From: Planctomycetota bacterium
GTDB lineage: Bacteria > Planctomycetota > UBA11346
Direction of reading: 5' to 3'
NCBI GenBank assembly: GCA_038213805.1
Contig: JBBQSO010000110.1
Location: 1-15,800 of the forward strand
Length of the DNA: 15,800 bases
Below the pieces are notes generated by a model that made no database searches, was not told the DNA's origin, and saw nothing but the letters and a program-made list of their open reading frames with translations. This document shows, piece after piece, positions 1 through 8,059 of the stretch (its first letter is position 1; every line of letters begins with the position of its first letter). Made by a program: the position numbers and the translations under genes.

Positions 1-159
1 CGGGCCCTCGATGAAGCGCATGCCGCCTGCCAGCTTCTCGACCGTGGTTCCTGGCGCGACCACATCTGCGATACTGCCGGCTTGATCGACGGCCTTGAGT
101 GGGCCGACGACAGCGACGAGCAGCGCGAACACGTGGCCGAGCGATGGTAGGGCGCGCAT
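1..159 (-). CDS. SMP-30/gluconolactonase/LRE-family protein, N-terminal part (runs off the left edge)
   Basis: Not in the ORF track; read by hand. ATG at 159-157, with AGGAGG at 172-167 (7 nt spacer). Translation MRALPSLGHVFALLVAVVGPLKAVDQAGSIADVVAPGTTVEKLAGGMRFIEGP gives a signal-peptide-like stretch followed by the typical 'vEklAgGf.F.EGP' family start. Confidence 0.8.
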   Translation of the reverse strand, partial: MRALPSLGHVFALLVAVVGPLKAVDQAGSIADVVAPGTTVEKLAGGMRFIEGP

Positions 160-303
160 GGGGATACCTCCTGTGATGTTGCGCCATAGGAAGGCCTGGG
201 GCTGCGCTTGCCAGGGTCCGGCGCGGTGGTCCACCAGGGTCCTGCCTTGAACAGGGGTACCGGTGACGCCACGATGCAGGTGCACCAAGGGGGCGCGCCA
301 TCC

Positions 304-1671
304 ATGCTCATCACCATCTTCGGCACCGGCTACGTCGGTCTCGTCACGGGAACCTGCTTCGCTGAGATGGGCAACACCGTCGCCTGCGTCGACGTGAACC
401 AGGCCAAGATCGACACCTTGCTGCGCGGAGAGGTGCCGATCTACGAGCCTGGCCTGGCCGAGCTGCTGGGCGAGAACATCCACGGCAAGCGCATCTCCTT
501 CACCACCTCAGCCAAGCAGGGTCTGAGCGGCGCCGAGATCGCCTTCATCTGCGTCGGCACGCCGATGTCCGACAGCGGCGAGGCCGACCTGCGTTACGTC
601 GAGTCGGCGGCCCGCGACATCGGCCGCCATCTCACCGGCTACACCCTGGTCGTCGACAAGAGCACCGTCCCGGTCGGCACCGCCGACCGCGTGCGCGCCT
701 GGATCCAGGAAGAGCTCCAAAAGCGCGGCGCCACATTCCCCTTCGACGTCGCCAGCAACCCCGAATTCCTCAAGGAGGGTTCAGCGGTCGACGACTTCAT
801 GAAGCCCGACCGCGTGGTGGTGGGTGTCAGCTCGGCGCGCGCCGAGGCGCTGCTGCGCGACCTCTATTCGCCGTTCATCCGCAACGGTCTGCGCATCTTC
901 TCCATGGACGTGCGCTCGGCCGAGATGACCAAGTACGCGGCCAACGCCATGCTGGCGACCAAGATCAGCTTCATCAACGAGATCTCGAACATCTGCGAAT
1001 TGGTCGGCGCGGACGTGCGCCAGGTGCGCCAGGGCGTCGGCGCGGACCAGCGCATCGGCATGCAGTTCCTGCACCCCGGCGTCGGCTACGGCGGCAGCTG
1101 CTTCCCCAAGGACGTGCGCGCCCTGGTCCACACCGCGGCGGTGGCGGGCTATGAGGCCGAACTGCTCGACGCGGTCGACAACGTCAATCAGCGCCAGAAG
1201 TCGCTGATCAGGCGCAAGCTGGCGCTGTGGTGCGAGCTGCACGGGCGGCGCGTCGCCGACCTGACCGTGGCGATCTGGGGCCTGGCCTTCAAGCCCAACA
1301 CCGACGACGTGCGCGACGCACCCTCGCTTGAGCTGGTGCGCGACCTGGTCGCCGCCGGCGCCACGGTGCGCGCCCACGATCCCAAGGCCATCCACGAGTT
1401 CCAGCGCGCCATCGGCGCGCTGCCGCGCACCACCTACCACGAAGACATGTACGAGGCCACCGCCGGCGCCGACGTGCTGTGCCTGATCACCGAGTGGCGG
1501 CCGTTCCGCCGCCCGGATTTCGCACGGTTGGGCAAGCAGCTCGCCGGCAAGGCGATCTTCGACGGCCGCAACCAGTACGACGAAACCCGCGGCAGCGATC
1601 ACGGCCTGACCATCTTCCCGATCGGCGTGCCACTTCAGGCCGGCCTGAAGCGTCCGGCCGCGGGCGACTGA
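304..1671 (+). CDS. ugd: UDP-glucose/GDP-mannose dehydrogenase family protein (UDP-glucose 6-dehydrogenase)
   Basis: Rossmann motif [10 protein letters not shown] directly after Met at 304. Also contains [36 protein letters not shown], the catalytic [10 protein letters not shown] and [15 protein letters not shown]. Start set at 304 rather than 208. Confidence 0.96.
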   Translation: MLITIFGTGYVGLVTGTCFAEMGNTVACVDVNQAKIDTLLRGEVPIYEPGLAELLGENIHGKRISFTTSAKQGLSGAEIAFICVGTPMSDSGEADLRYVESAARDIGRHLTGYTLVVDKSTVPVGTADRVRAWIQEELQKRGATFPFDVASNPEFLKEGSAVDDFMKPDRVVVGVSSARAEALLRDLYSPFIRNGLRIFSMDVRSAEMTKYAANAMLATKISFINEISNICELVGADVRQVRQGVGADQRIGMQFLHPGVGYGGSCFPKDVRALVHTAAVAGYEAELLDAVDNVNQRQKSLIRRKLALWCELHGRRVADLTVAIWGLAFKPNTDDVRDAPSLELVRDLVAAGATVRAHDPKAIHEFQRAIGALPRTTYHEDMYEATAGADVLCLITEWRPFRRPDFARLGKQLAGKAIFDGRNQYDETRGSDHGLTIFPIGVPLQAGLKRPAAGD

Positions 1672-1684
1672 AGCGGATCCGACC

Positions 1685-2107
1685 ATGCCCTGGGGGCAGT
1701 CGGTCATCCGCTTGGCCGCGCGGCCGCGCGGCTTCCATCTGGTGACCGACGAGATCGTGCGCGGCCTGCCGCCGCTCGCGCACATCGCAACCGGGTTGCT
1801 GCAGCTCTTCCTGCAACACACCTCGGCGTCGCTGTGCCTGAATGAGAACGCCGACCCGGACGTGCGCGCCGACCTCGAACGCTGGGCACGCCACGCCGTC
1901 CCTGATGCCGCGCCCTTCTTCGTCCACGATGCCGAGGGCCCCGACGACATGCCGGCGCACGTGAAGGCGGCGCTGTTCGGCACCTCACTGACCATTCCAC
2001 TGCGCGCGGGGCGCCTGGCGCTCGGCACCTGGCAGGGCATTTGGCTGGGCGAGCACCGCGATCAGGGCGGCCCGCGCACGGTGGTCGCGACCGTCATGGG
2101 AGGGTGA
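1685..2107 (+). CDS. yjbQ: YjbQ/UPF0047 family protein (secondary thiamine-phosphate synthase)
   Basis: Motifs [40 protein letters not shown] and [13 protein letters not shown]; 140 aa; starts 13 nt after the ugd stop. Confidence 0.93.
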   Translation: MPWGQSVIRLAARPRGFHLVTDEIVRGLPPLAHIATGLLQLFLQHTSASLCLNENADPDVRADLERWARHAVPDAAPFFVHDAEGPDDMPAHVKAALFGTSLTIPLRAGRLALGTWQGIWLGEHRDQGGPRTVVATVMGG

Positions 2108-2124
2108 CGACGCGATCATTCATT

Positions 2125-2141
2125 GCCGCATGCGGCTTTTT
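2125..2141 (+). terminator. possible intrinsic terminator after ugd-yjbQ
   Basis: Palindrome GCCGCATGCGGC followed by TTTTT, between convergent genes. The stem is short. Confidence 0.35.
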
Positions 2142-2219
2142 AGTTCCACGATGGTGATGACAGCATTCGACGCCAAAGCCGTACGTTGTCGTTTTAGCGC
2201 ATAAAATCGCGAGAAGTGC

Positions 2220-3437
2220 CTATTTCTCAGAAGGTGGCACGATCCCGGCACCTGGCGAGTGCGCGTCAACGACCGCGCCGACCGCCGGCGGCGCGTCGAA
2301 CTCAGTGCCCCCATACAGCGTGCGCAGGAAGCCGAGCACCGAGGTGAAGGTCAGCACCGCGCCGGCGCCGAGGATGATGCCGACCGGACCGCTGCCGAGG
2401 ATGCCGCCGACCACGCCGAGGAAGAGCAGGAACCCCAGCCACAGGTCGTCGTTACGGAAATGCCGGGCGAGGCGCGAGAAGCCGCGCTCGATCAGCCAGG
2501 TGGCGGCCAGGCTGGCGGCCCCCAGCCCGCAGGCCAAGCCGATCTCGCCCTGCGACCACAGCAGGCTGGCGAGCGGCAACCAGATCACCGCCGGGCCGAC
2601 CACTGGCAGCAGGGCGATGAAGGTCGCGATCACCATCACCACTACCGGCTGGAAGCCGCCGATGAACCACGCGAGCACGGTGAGAGCCAGGCCGTGCGCG
2701 ATGGCACGCGCCAGGGTCACGCTGAGCAGGTGCCTGGCGGTGTCGTTGAAGCGCTGGCGCAGACCGCGGCGTTCCTCGTCGGTGAGCGGCAGCCACTGCA
2801 TCAGCGCCTCGACCAGGCGCGGCCCCTGGCTGTAGAAGTAGAAGAGCGTCACCAGCGTGAGGGCCGAGCGCGCCAGGAACCCGCCGGTACCAGAGATCAG
2901 GTAGCCGAAAAAGGCTGGTCCCACGGCGGTCTGCTCGAGCAGGTGTTCGGTGACCTGACGCAGCGCGGCGAGGTCGACGTGCAGGTCCGGGTAGAGCACG
3001 GAGACCTGGTTGGCGCGGTCGACCAGCAGGTCGACGAGCGCCGCACGCGCGTGCGCATCATGCAAGGCCAAGCCAAGGAGGGCATGGAAGGTGCCCTGGA
3101 ACGAGCCGATCAGGCTGCCGAGCACCACCACCACCACGCCTATGGTCACGGTTCCGAGCGCGGCCGTCGCAGCGAGGGCGCTGAGGTAGCGGCGATCGGC
3201 GGCGTTCCAGCTCGGCAGGAGACGCGTGCACGCGTCATCGATGGGCGCGAACAGCACGGGATAGGTGAGCGCGGCCAGCGCCGCGGCAAGCAGCAGCGAG
3301 GAGAGCGCCGGCCAGATCACCACAACCAGCCAGGCGATCACGCCGGCGGTCAGGACGAACAGCGCGATATGCGGCAACCAGGCGCGCAGCAGTCGGCTCG
3401 GATCCTGGGGATCCGGCTCCGGTTTCGGTTCGGTCAT
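2220..3437 (-). CDS. AI-2E family transporter (PerM/YdiK-like membrane protein)
   Basis: 405 aa with several TM segments. Family motifs: LAALTYP, TLFYFYSQG, LPVVGPAVIWLP and LGVVGGILGSGPVGIILG. Confidence 0.88.
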   Translation of the reverse strand: MTEPKPEPDPQDPSRLLRAWLPHIALFVLTAGVIAWLVVVIWPALSSLLLAAALAALTYPVLFAPIDDACTRLLPSWNAADRRYLSALAATAALGTVTIGVVVVVLGSLIGSFQGTFHALLGLALHDAHARAALVDLLVDRANQVSVLYPDLHVDLAALRQVTEHLLEQTAVGPAFFGYLISGTGGFLARSALTLVTLFYFYSQGPRLVEALMQWLPLTDEERRGLRQRFNDTARHLLSVTLARAIAHGLALTVLAWFIGGFQPVVVMVIATFIALLPVVGPAVIWLPLASLLWSQGEIGLACGLGAASLAATWLIERGFSRLARHFRNDDLWLGFLLFLGVVGGILGSGPVGIILGAGAVLTFTSVLGFLRTLYGGTEFDAPPAVGAVVDAHSPGAGIVPPSEK

Positions 3438-3526
3438 GGCGCGAGCCTAGGCGCGCGGCGCTACCGTTCCAGCCACGCCGGGGTCTGGCGCGCCCACGGG
3501 CGGGGTTGGTCCGGGCGGGCCCATAC

Positions 3527-5701
3527 TCAGCCCGTCCGCGCGGTCGCGGCGGCGCCGCGTCCGCTGTGGCAACGGCCGGCGACGCACGCCCGCAGCACGA
3601 GGCCCAGGCACATCAGCAGCGCCGCCAGCCCTGATCCGAGCCCACATCCGCTCTTGCCGCCCCCGCCGGCTGACGCACCTGCAACCGGGGCGGATGGTGG
3701 CGGCGCGCCCGCGCCCGCCGCCGTAACGGTGATGCGGTCGATGTTCCCGCCCAGCGTGGCGTGGTCGACGACCAGCTTCAGGACCTGGACACCAGCGGTG
3801 AGTGTCGCCGTGGTGGTGACGGTGGCATAGGTCTGCCACGCGCCGGTGGCGGGGATGCGCACCACCGCGCCGAGTTGGACGCCGTGCCCGTCCTCCAGGT
3901 GCAGCACCGCCTGATCGTCCATGCTCGCGACCCGCCAGGCGAAACTGTACGGGCCGCTGGTGGCGACGGTGACCGTGTACTTGAGCCATTCGCCGGTGGC
4001 GGTCCAGCCGACGTCGGTGACGCCGGTGCCGCCGTCTTCCACATCGACGTCGTCAGCGCGCAGCGCATTCCCGCTGTTGCCGGCGGTGGTATCGTGGTAC
4101 GCGACGCCTTCGCCGCCGCGATCATAGGCCTCGGCTTCGATCACTCCGGGAATGGCGATGGCGGTGGTGAAGGGGGTCTCGGTCGCAGACGGCGGCGTGG
4201 GTGGTGGGGTCGTGGGTGGTGGGGTCGCGGGCGGTGGGGTCGCGGGCGGCGTCGACCCGGCTGGCGTCATCACGATCGTGGTCAGCGAGTAGGCCCCCGC
4301 GGTGACGGTGAAGGTGTTGGCGATGCCGTTGCGGCTCACGCTGACGATGCCACCGAGATTGGACTTGCCGTAGGTCGACACGCTGGCCGTGCCCGCGGGG
4401 CTGAACCCGGCGATATGGATGTCCATGGGCACGTCCTGGTCGCGGTCGCGGTTGGCAAGCAGTACGGCGAGATCGCCATTGGCCTGCCTGGCCGCGTAGC
4501 CGAGCACCTTCGCATCACTCGAGGTCGCTGCCACCAGGGTGTCGCCGGCCTTGGCCATGCGCGTCATCATCGCCACGCCAAAATACGTGGAATAGGGGGT
4601 GTTCACCGCCGGTTCCGGCCCGCGGCCATACGAGAGCAGCCCGAGCGAGCCGTAGGAGGCGTCACCGAACAGATCGGGCCGGTTGGTGCTGGTGTTGGGA
4701 TCCTCGCGCAGCCCCCACCACACCACGCTCTCCGCGCCGTGCTTGTAGAATTCCAGGTAGTCGACCGCTGCGAAGATGCCGTTGACGATGCCGATGGTCT
4801 GCTTGGTCGCCTCGTTGTGCGCGGAATTGGTCTCCGAGACGATGATCTTCACGTGCGCAGCGTTCGCTCCGCAGAAGGCATTGATCTGGCTGCGCATGGT
4901 TTCGGCCATGCTGGCGATACCGCCGACCTTGTCGTAGAGCAGGAGATCGTCGCCCTCGGACCCGGGGCTGAACGGGTACCAGTGCGGGCTGACGAAATCG
5001 ATGAGGTCGCCGCATGCGCCCAGGACCTCCGGATTCCAGCTCTGGAAGCCGTTCTTCCCATCCTGGTTGTTCTCGTTGAAGGGCATGGTGACCACCACGC
5101 CGATCTTGATCGACGGGTCGGCAGCCTTCATCTGGGTGATGAATTCGCGGCAGCGCTGGCCATAGAAGCGCGGCGACTTGTCGGCGTTGTCGTTGGGCTC
5201 CCAGTGCCAGTCCGGGTAGTAGCCGCCGCCGTACATCTCGTTGCCGATCTCCCAGTAGGTGATGCCGTAGTGGTTGTCTTTCGCGGATTTCACCCAGGCG
5301 GCGGCCTCCTCGGGCGTGCCGGTGCCGTAGTTGACCGTCACCAGCGGTTTGGCGCCAGCCTGGTTGGCGAGGCCGACGACGGTGCCCAGGTCATTCCGGA
5401 AGGTCTGGTTCGGCGGGTCGAAGAAGCGGCGGTTGACCTGCCAGTGGTACTGGTCGCCGGTCGAGCCGCCCGGGTAGCGCCACAGCGCCAGGCCCGCGGC
5501 CTGGAATTTCGCGGCGTTGCCGGCGTCCCCGAGGTTGTCGTCCCAGAGATCGACGTTCATGCCGACCGCATGTGGCGCGAGCGTGGTGATGGCCGCACCG
5601 GCGTCGACGGTGAGCGTGGCGTTCGCCGCCCAGCCCAAGGCGGGGGCGCAGACGGCGGCGAGCGTGGCAATGAACGCGGACGAGGGGAGGTTGCGCAGCA
5701 T
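3527..5701 (-). CDS. secreted clan GH-A glycoside hydrolase (GH51/GH79-like) with Pro/Thr linker, CBM6 and a C-terminal membrane-anchor/sorting tail
   Basis: Signal peptide ends ...PALGWA|A. Motifs: LWRYPGGSTGDQYHW, TVNYGTGTPEEAAAWV, YWEIGNEMYG (acid/base Glu) and IIVSETNS (likely nucleophile). CBM6-type stretch IEAEAYDRGGEGVAYHD...GWTATGEWLKYTV...TGAWQTY. Start is ATG 5701 or GTG 5737. The exact GH family is uncertain. Confidence 0.85.
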   Translation of the reverse strand: MLRNLPSSAFIATLAAVCAPALGWAANATLTVDAGAAITTLAPHAVGMNVDLWDDNLGDAGNAAKFQAAGLALWRYPGGSTGDQYHWQVNRRFFDPPNQTFRNDLGTVVGLANQAGAKPLVTVNYGTGTPEEAAAWVKSAKDNHYGITYWEIGNEMYGGGYYPDWHWEPNDNADKSPRFYGQRCREFITQMKAADPSIKIGVVVTMPFNENNQDGKNGFQSWNPEVLGACGDLIDFVSPHWYPFSPGSEGDDLLLYDKVGGIASMAETMRSQINAFCGANAAHVKIIVSETNSAHNEATKQTIGIVNGIFAAVDYLEFYKHGAESVVWWGLREDPNTSTNRPDLFGDASYGSLGLLSYGRGPEPAVNTPYSTYFGVAMMTRMAKAGDTLVAATSSDAKVLGYAARQANGDLAVLLANRDRDQDVPMDIHIAGFSPAGTASVSTYGKSNLGGIVSVSRNGIANTFTVTAGAYSLTTIVMTPAGSTPPATPPPATPPPTTPPPTPPSATETPFTTAIAIPGVIEAEAYDRGGEGVAYHDTTAGNSGNALRADDVDVEDGGTGVTDVGWTATGEWLKYTVTVATSGPYSFAWRVASMDDQAVLHLEDGHGVQLGAVVRIPATGAWQTYATVTTTATLTAGVQVLKLVVDHATLGGNIDRITVTAAGAGAPPPSAPVAGASAGGGGKSGCGLGSGLAALLMCLGLVLRACVAGRCHSGRGAAATARTG
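4199..4249. repeat. 3.4 copies of a 15-bp tandem repeat encoding the (A/T)TPPP linker
   Basis: GGGTGGTGGGGTCGT / GGGTGGTGGGGTCGC / GGGCGGTGGGGTCGC / GGGCGG on the + strand. Confidence 0.9.
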
Positions 5702-5740
5702 GATGAGGGCCCTTCGGACGCAGGATTTGGAGGTCACGGC

Positions 5741-7183
5741 TCAGGGTGCGGGCAGCAATTCGAGATCGTCGATGTCGAGCACTGCATCGCCGCCATAGAG
5801 GTTGATCGCGATCGCGTTGACGCGGTCGCGCTGATAGACCGGCGCGGTCACACCGTTCGCGGTGAAGGCGTTCTCAGGTTGGTCGTCGAGCGGCACGGTC
5901 ACCTCGTTCCAGCCGGGCATGAAATCAGCGCAGCGGCCGATCCCCTGCTTCCAGTAACAATTTGAGGTGTCGCAGACCTGGATCTGCCAGCGGCTGTCCG
6001 GCTGGGCGCTTTCGACTCTGATCCAGAGGTGGATGCGGTGATCACCCGCAGCCAGATGGACGGGATGGAAGATCTGGGCATAGGGTTTGACGTCGCCCAC
6101 GACCATCCGATAGGCGAGGTGCAGCGCCTGCACGCCACCGTGCGCCTGGTTGTGGCTGAGCGCGAGATCCACAGGCGCGCTGGAGGACTCGTGGAACCAG
6201 CGCAGGTCACCCTCGTGATCATCGATCAGGCGTGCGGCGGTCACTGCGGCGGGCGGTGCGGGCGCGGTGGTGGCGGACGTTCCCCCCGCCGTCGCGCGCG
6301 CGCTCAGCGTGAGTCCGGCGGCGACCGTGGCGGTGAACCCGGCAGCGATTTCGACACTCTCCGTGGTCAGGCCGCTCTGCAGATGCACGCGGCCCTGAGC
6401 GACGCTGACTTCGGCCCGCTCCGCCGTCGCGGCGAAGGTCAGCCGGGTGCCCACGACGGTGCAGCGTGCCACCGGCGCGATGATGACCAGGGGGCGGCCT
6501 TCCGGCTGGTGGGCGACCTCGGCGCGCACCAGCCCGTCCTCCAGGCGTAGTTGCTTGCCCGCGGTGCCATCGCCGGGGAAGGCAAGCGCAGCGCGATCGT
6601 CGCTGCGCAGCTCGGTGCCGTCCGCATAGGTCCAGCGCACGTGCGCGTCCTGACCCAGCACCAGACGGTCGCCTTGGCCGAGGCTCATCCCGACCTTCCC
6701 GGCCAGGGAATGCCCATCGCGCTGGCAGATCACCGTGCCCGCGACCTCGCGCAGGGTCGCCAGATCGACGCCGCGGGGCGCATCGGCGGCGCGCATCTGG
6801 AGCAGGAGGAAGGCGCCCACCGCCATTGCCGCCACCAGCCCGGCGGCCAGCGCCATCGGCCAAGCGCGGCGACGGCCCCGAGCACGTGCCGCGGTGCGCC
6901 GCGACGGACGCATGGCTTGCGCCTGGCGTGCGCCGATGCTGCGCACGAAACGCGAAGCGTTGGCCTCGGCGCGCATGCGCTCATGCAGGCTCGCGACCAT
7001 CGCCGTCCCGTCGGCATCGTCCAGGGCCTGCGCGATCAGGCCGATGGCGGCGAGCTGCTCGCGCACCCACGCGCCATCGGCTCCGGGTGCGTCGATGACC
7101 GCCGCCAGGGCCGCGGCATCCTCTGGCGCGATGGCACCATCGCGCCAGGCCTCGATCAGCAGGGACAGGCGTTCGCGGTTCAC
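5741..7183 (-). CDS. FecR-domain anti-sigma factor with a C-terminal CBM11/galactose-binding-like domain
   Basis: N-terminal anti-sigma-like helix (LLIEAWRDGAIAPEDAAAL) and one TM segment (WPMALAAGLVAAMAVGAFLLL). FecR core: LRLEDGLVRAEVAHQPEGRPLVIIAPVARCTVVGTRL...VSVAQGRV. After an Ala/Pro linker comes LIDDHEG...GWNEVTVPL...LDIDDLEL. The GTG start overlaps the sigma stop (GTGA). Confidence 0.85.
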   Translation of the reverse strand: MNRERLSLLIEAWRDGAIAPEDAAALAAVIDAPGADGAWVREQLAAIGLIAQALDDADGTAMVASLHERMRAEANASRFVRSIGARQAQAMRPSRRTAARARGRRRAWPMALAAGLVAAMAVGAFLLLQMRAADAPRGVDLATLREVAGTVICQRDGHSLAGKVGMSLGQGDRLVLGQDAHVRWTYADGTELRSDDRAALAFPGDGTAGKQLRLEDGLVRAEVAHQPEGRPLVIIAPVARCTVVGTRLTFAATAERAEVSVAQGRVHLQSGLTTESVEIAAGFTATVAAGLTLSARATAGGTSATTAPAPPAAVTAARLIDDHEGDLRWFHESSSAPVDLALSHNQAHGGVQALHLAYRMVVGDVKPYAQIFHPVHLAAGDHRIHLWIRVESAQPDSRWQIQVCDTSNCYWKQGIGRCADFMPGWNEVTVPLDDQPENAFTANGVTAPVYQRDRVNAIAINLYGGDAVLDIDDLELLPAP

Positions 7184-7740
7184 CGGCCCGCCACCCGCGC
7201 CACCACACAGCGCATCAGCACCTCGCGCAGGCGCATCAGGGTCATCGCCATGCCCGCCTCGCTCTTGCCGAAACGCTGCGACAGGTCCTTCACCCCCATG
7301 CCCTGATGGTAGCGCAGATCGACCAGCGCGCGCTGCGCGTCCTGCAGTCCGCCCAGGCAGTGCTTGAGCGCGGCGATGCGGTCGCCTGCCTCATCGCCCT
7401 CACCGCTGGCGGCGTCCGCCTCGGCCTGACGCACGAGGGCCGCATCGACCAACCCGAGGTGATGGGCGCGCTGGGTGGCGCGCGCGCGTAGGAAACCCAT
7501 CACGCGGTTTCGGCAGATAGTACGCAGCCATGGCCCGAAGTCGCGTGTCTCGTCGAAGCCCGCGAGCCCGCGGAAGGCGTCGAGGAAGGCGTCTTGGACG
7601 ACGTCGTAGACATCATCCGCATCCGGCAGATAGCGCGCCGCCAGGCCACGCAGGCGCGCCTGGTGCAGGCGCACCAGAGCAGAAAAGGACTCGATCTCGC
7701 CGCGCTTGGCGAGTTCAACAAGGTGGCGTTCATCGCTCAT
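7180..7740 (-). CDS. ECF-family RNA polymerase sigma-70 factor
   Basis: Region 2: DVVQDAFLDAFRGLAGFDETRDFGPWLRTICRN. Region 4: LQDAQRALVDLRYHQGMGVKDLS...TLMRLREVL. ATG at 7740 is preceded by GGAG; the track start at 7827 is probably too long. Confidence 0.93.
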   Translation of the reverse strand: MSDERHLVELAKRGEIESFSALVRLHQARLRGLAARYLPDADDVYDVVQDAFLDAFRGLAGFDETRDFGPWLRTICRNRVMGFLRARATQRAHHLGLVDAALVRQAEADAASGEGDEAGDRIAALKHCLGGLQDAQRALVDLRYHQGMGVKDLSQRFGKSEAGMAMTLMRLREVLMRCVVARVAGR

Positions 7741-8059
7741 GGGAGCTCCGCGGCAGCGGACCTGCCCTGGTCCGTACCGCCCCGGCCCGGCCACGCCGGG
7801 CAAGGCCCGGTGTGGCGAGGACGGCACGACCGCTGACGCAGTGGCATGCCAGGGTTATGGGTGGGCGGGGCCCATCTAACGGTCTAATTCCAGCAGCGGA
7901 CGGCTGGCGATGTAGCGCGACAAGACGGTGGCGGGTACAGCAACCTTCTACATGCCGCCGAACGGCCCTCTCCCGGGCGTTTTGCGGCCATTGCACGACT
8001 CGCACACGTCGTCGCCGTTCAGGTGCGGGCCGCTGCCGTGGCGCCGCTTGCCGCGCGCC

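Noticed and set aside
781..2040. 419-aa - strand ORF
   Set aside because: Antisense shadow of ugd and yjbQ.
7874..8024. attC-like core ATCTAAC (GTTAGAT on the - strand) in the intergenic region
   Set aside because: There is no properly matching partner box, only a weak CCGTTCAGGT. No second site or integron integrase is present.
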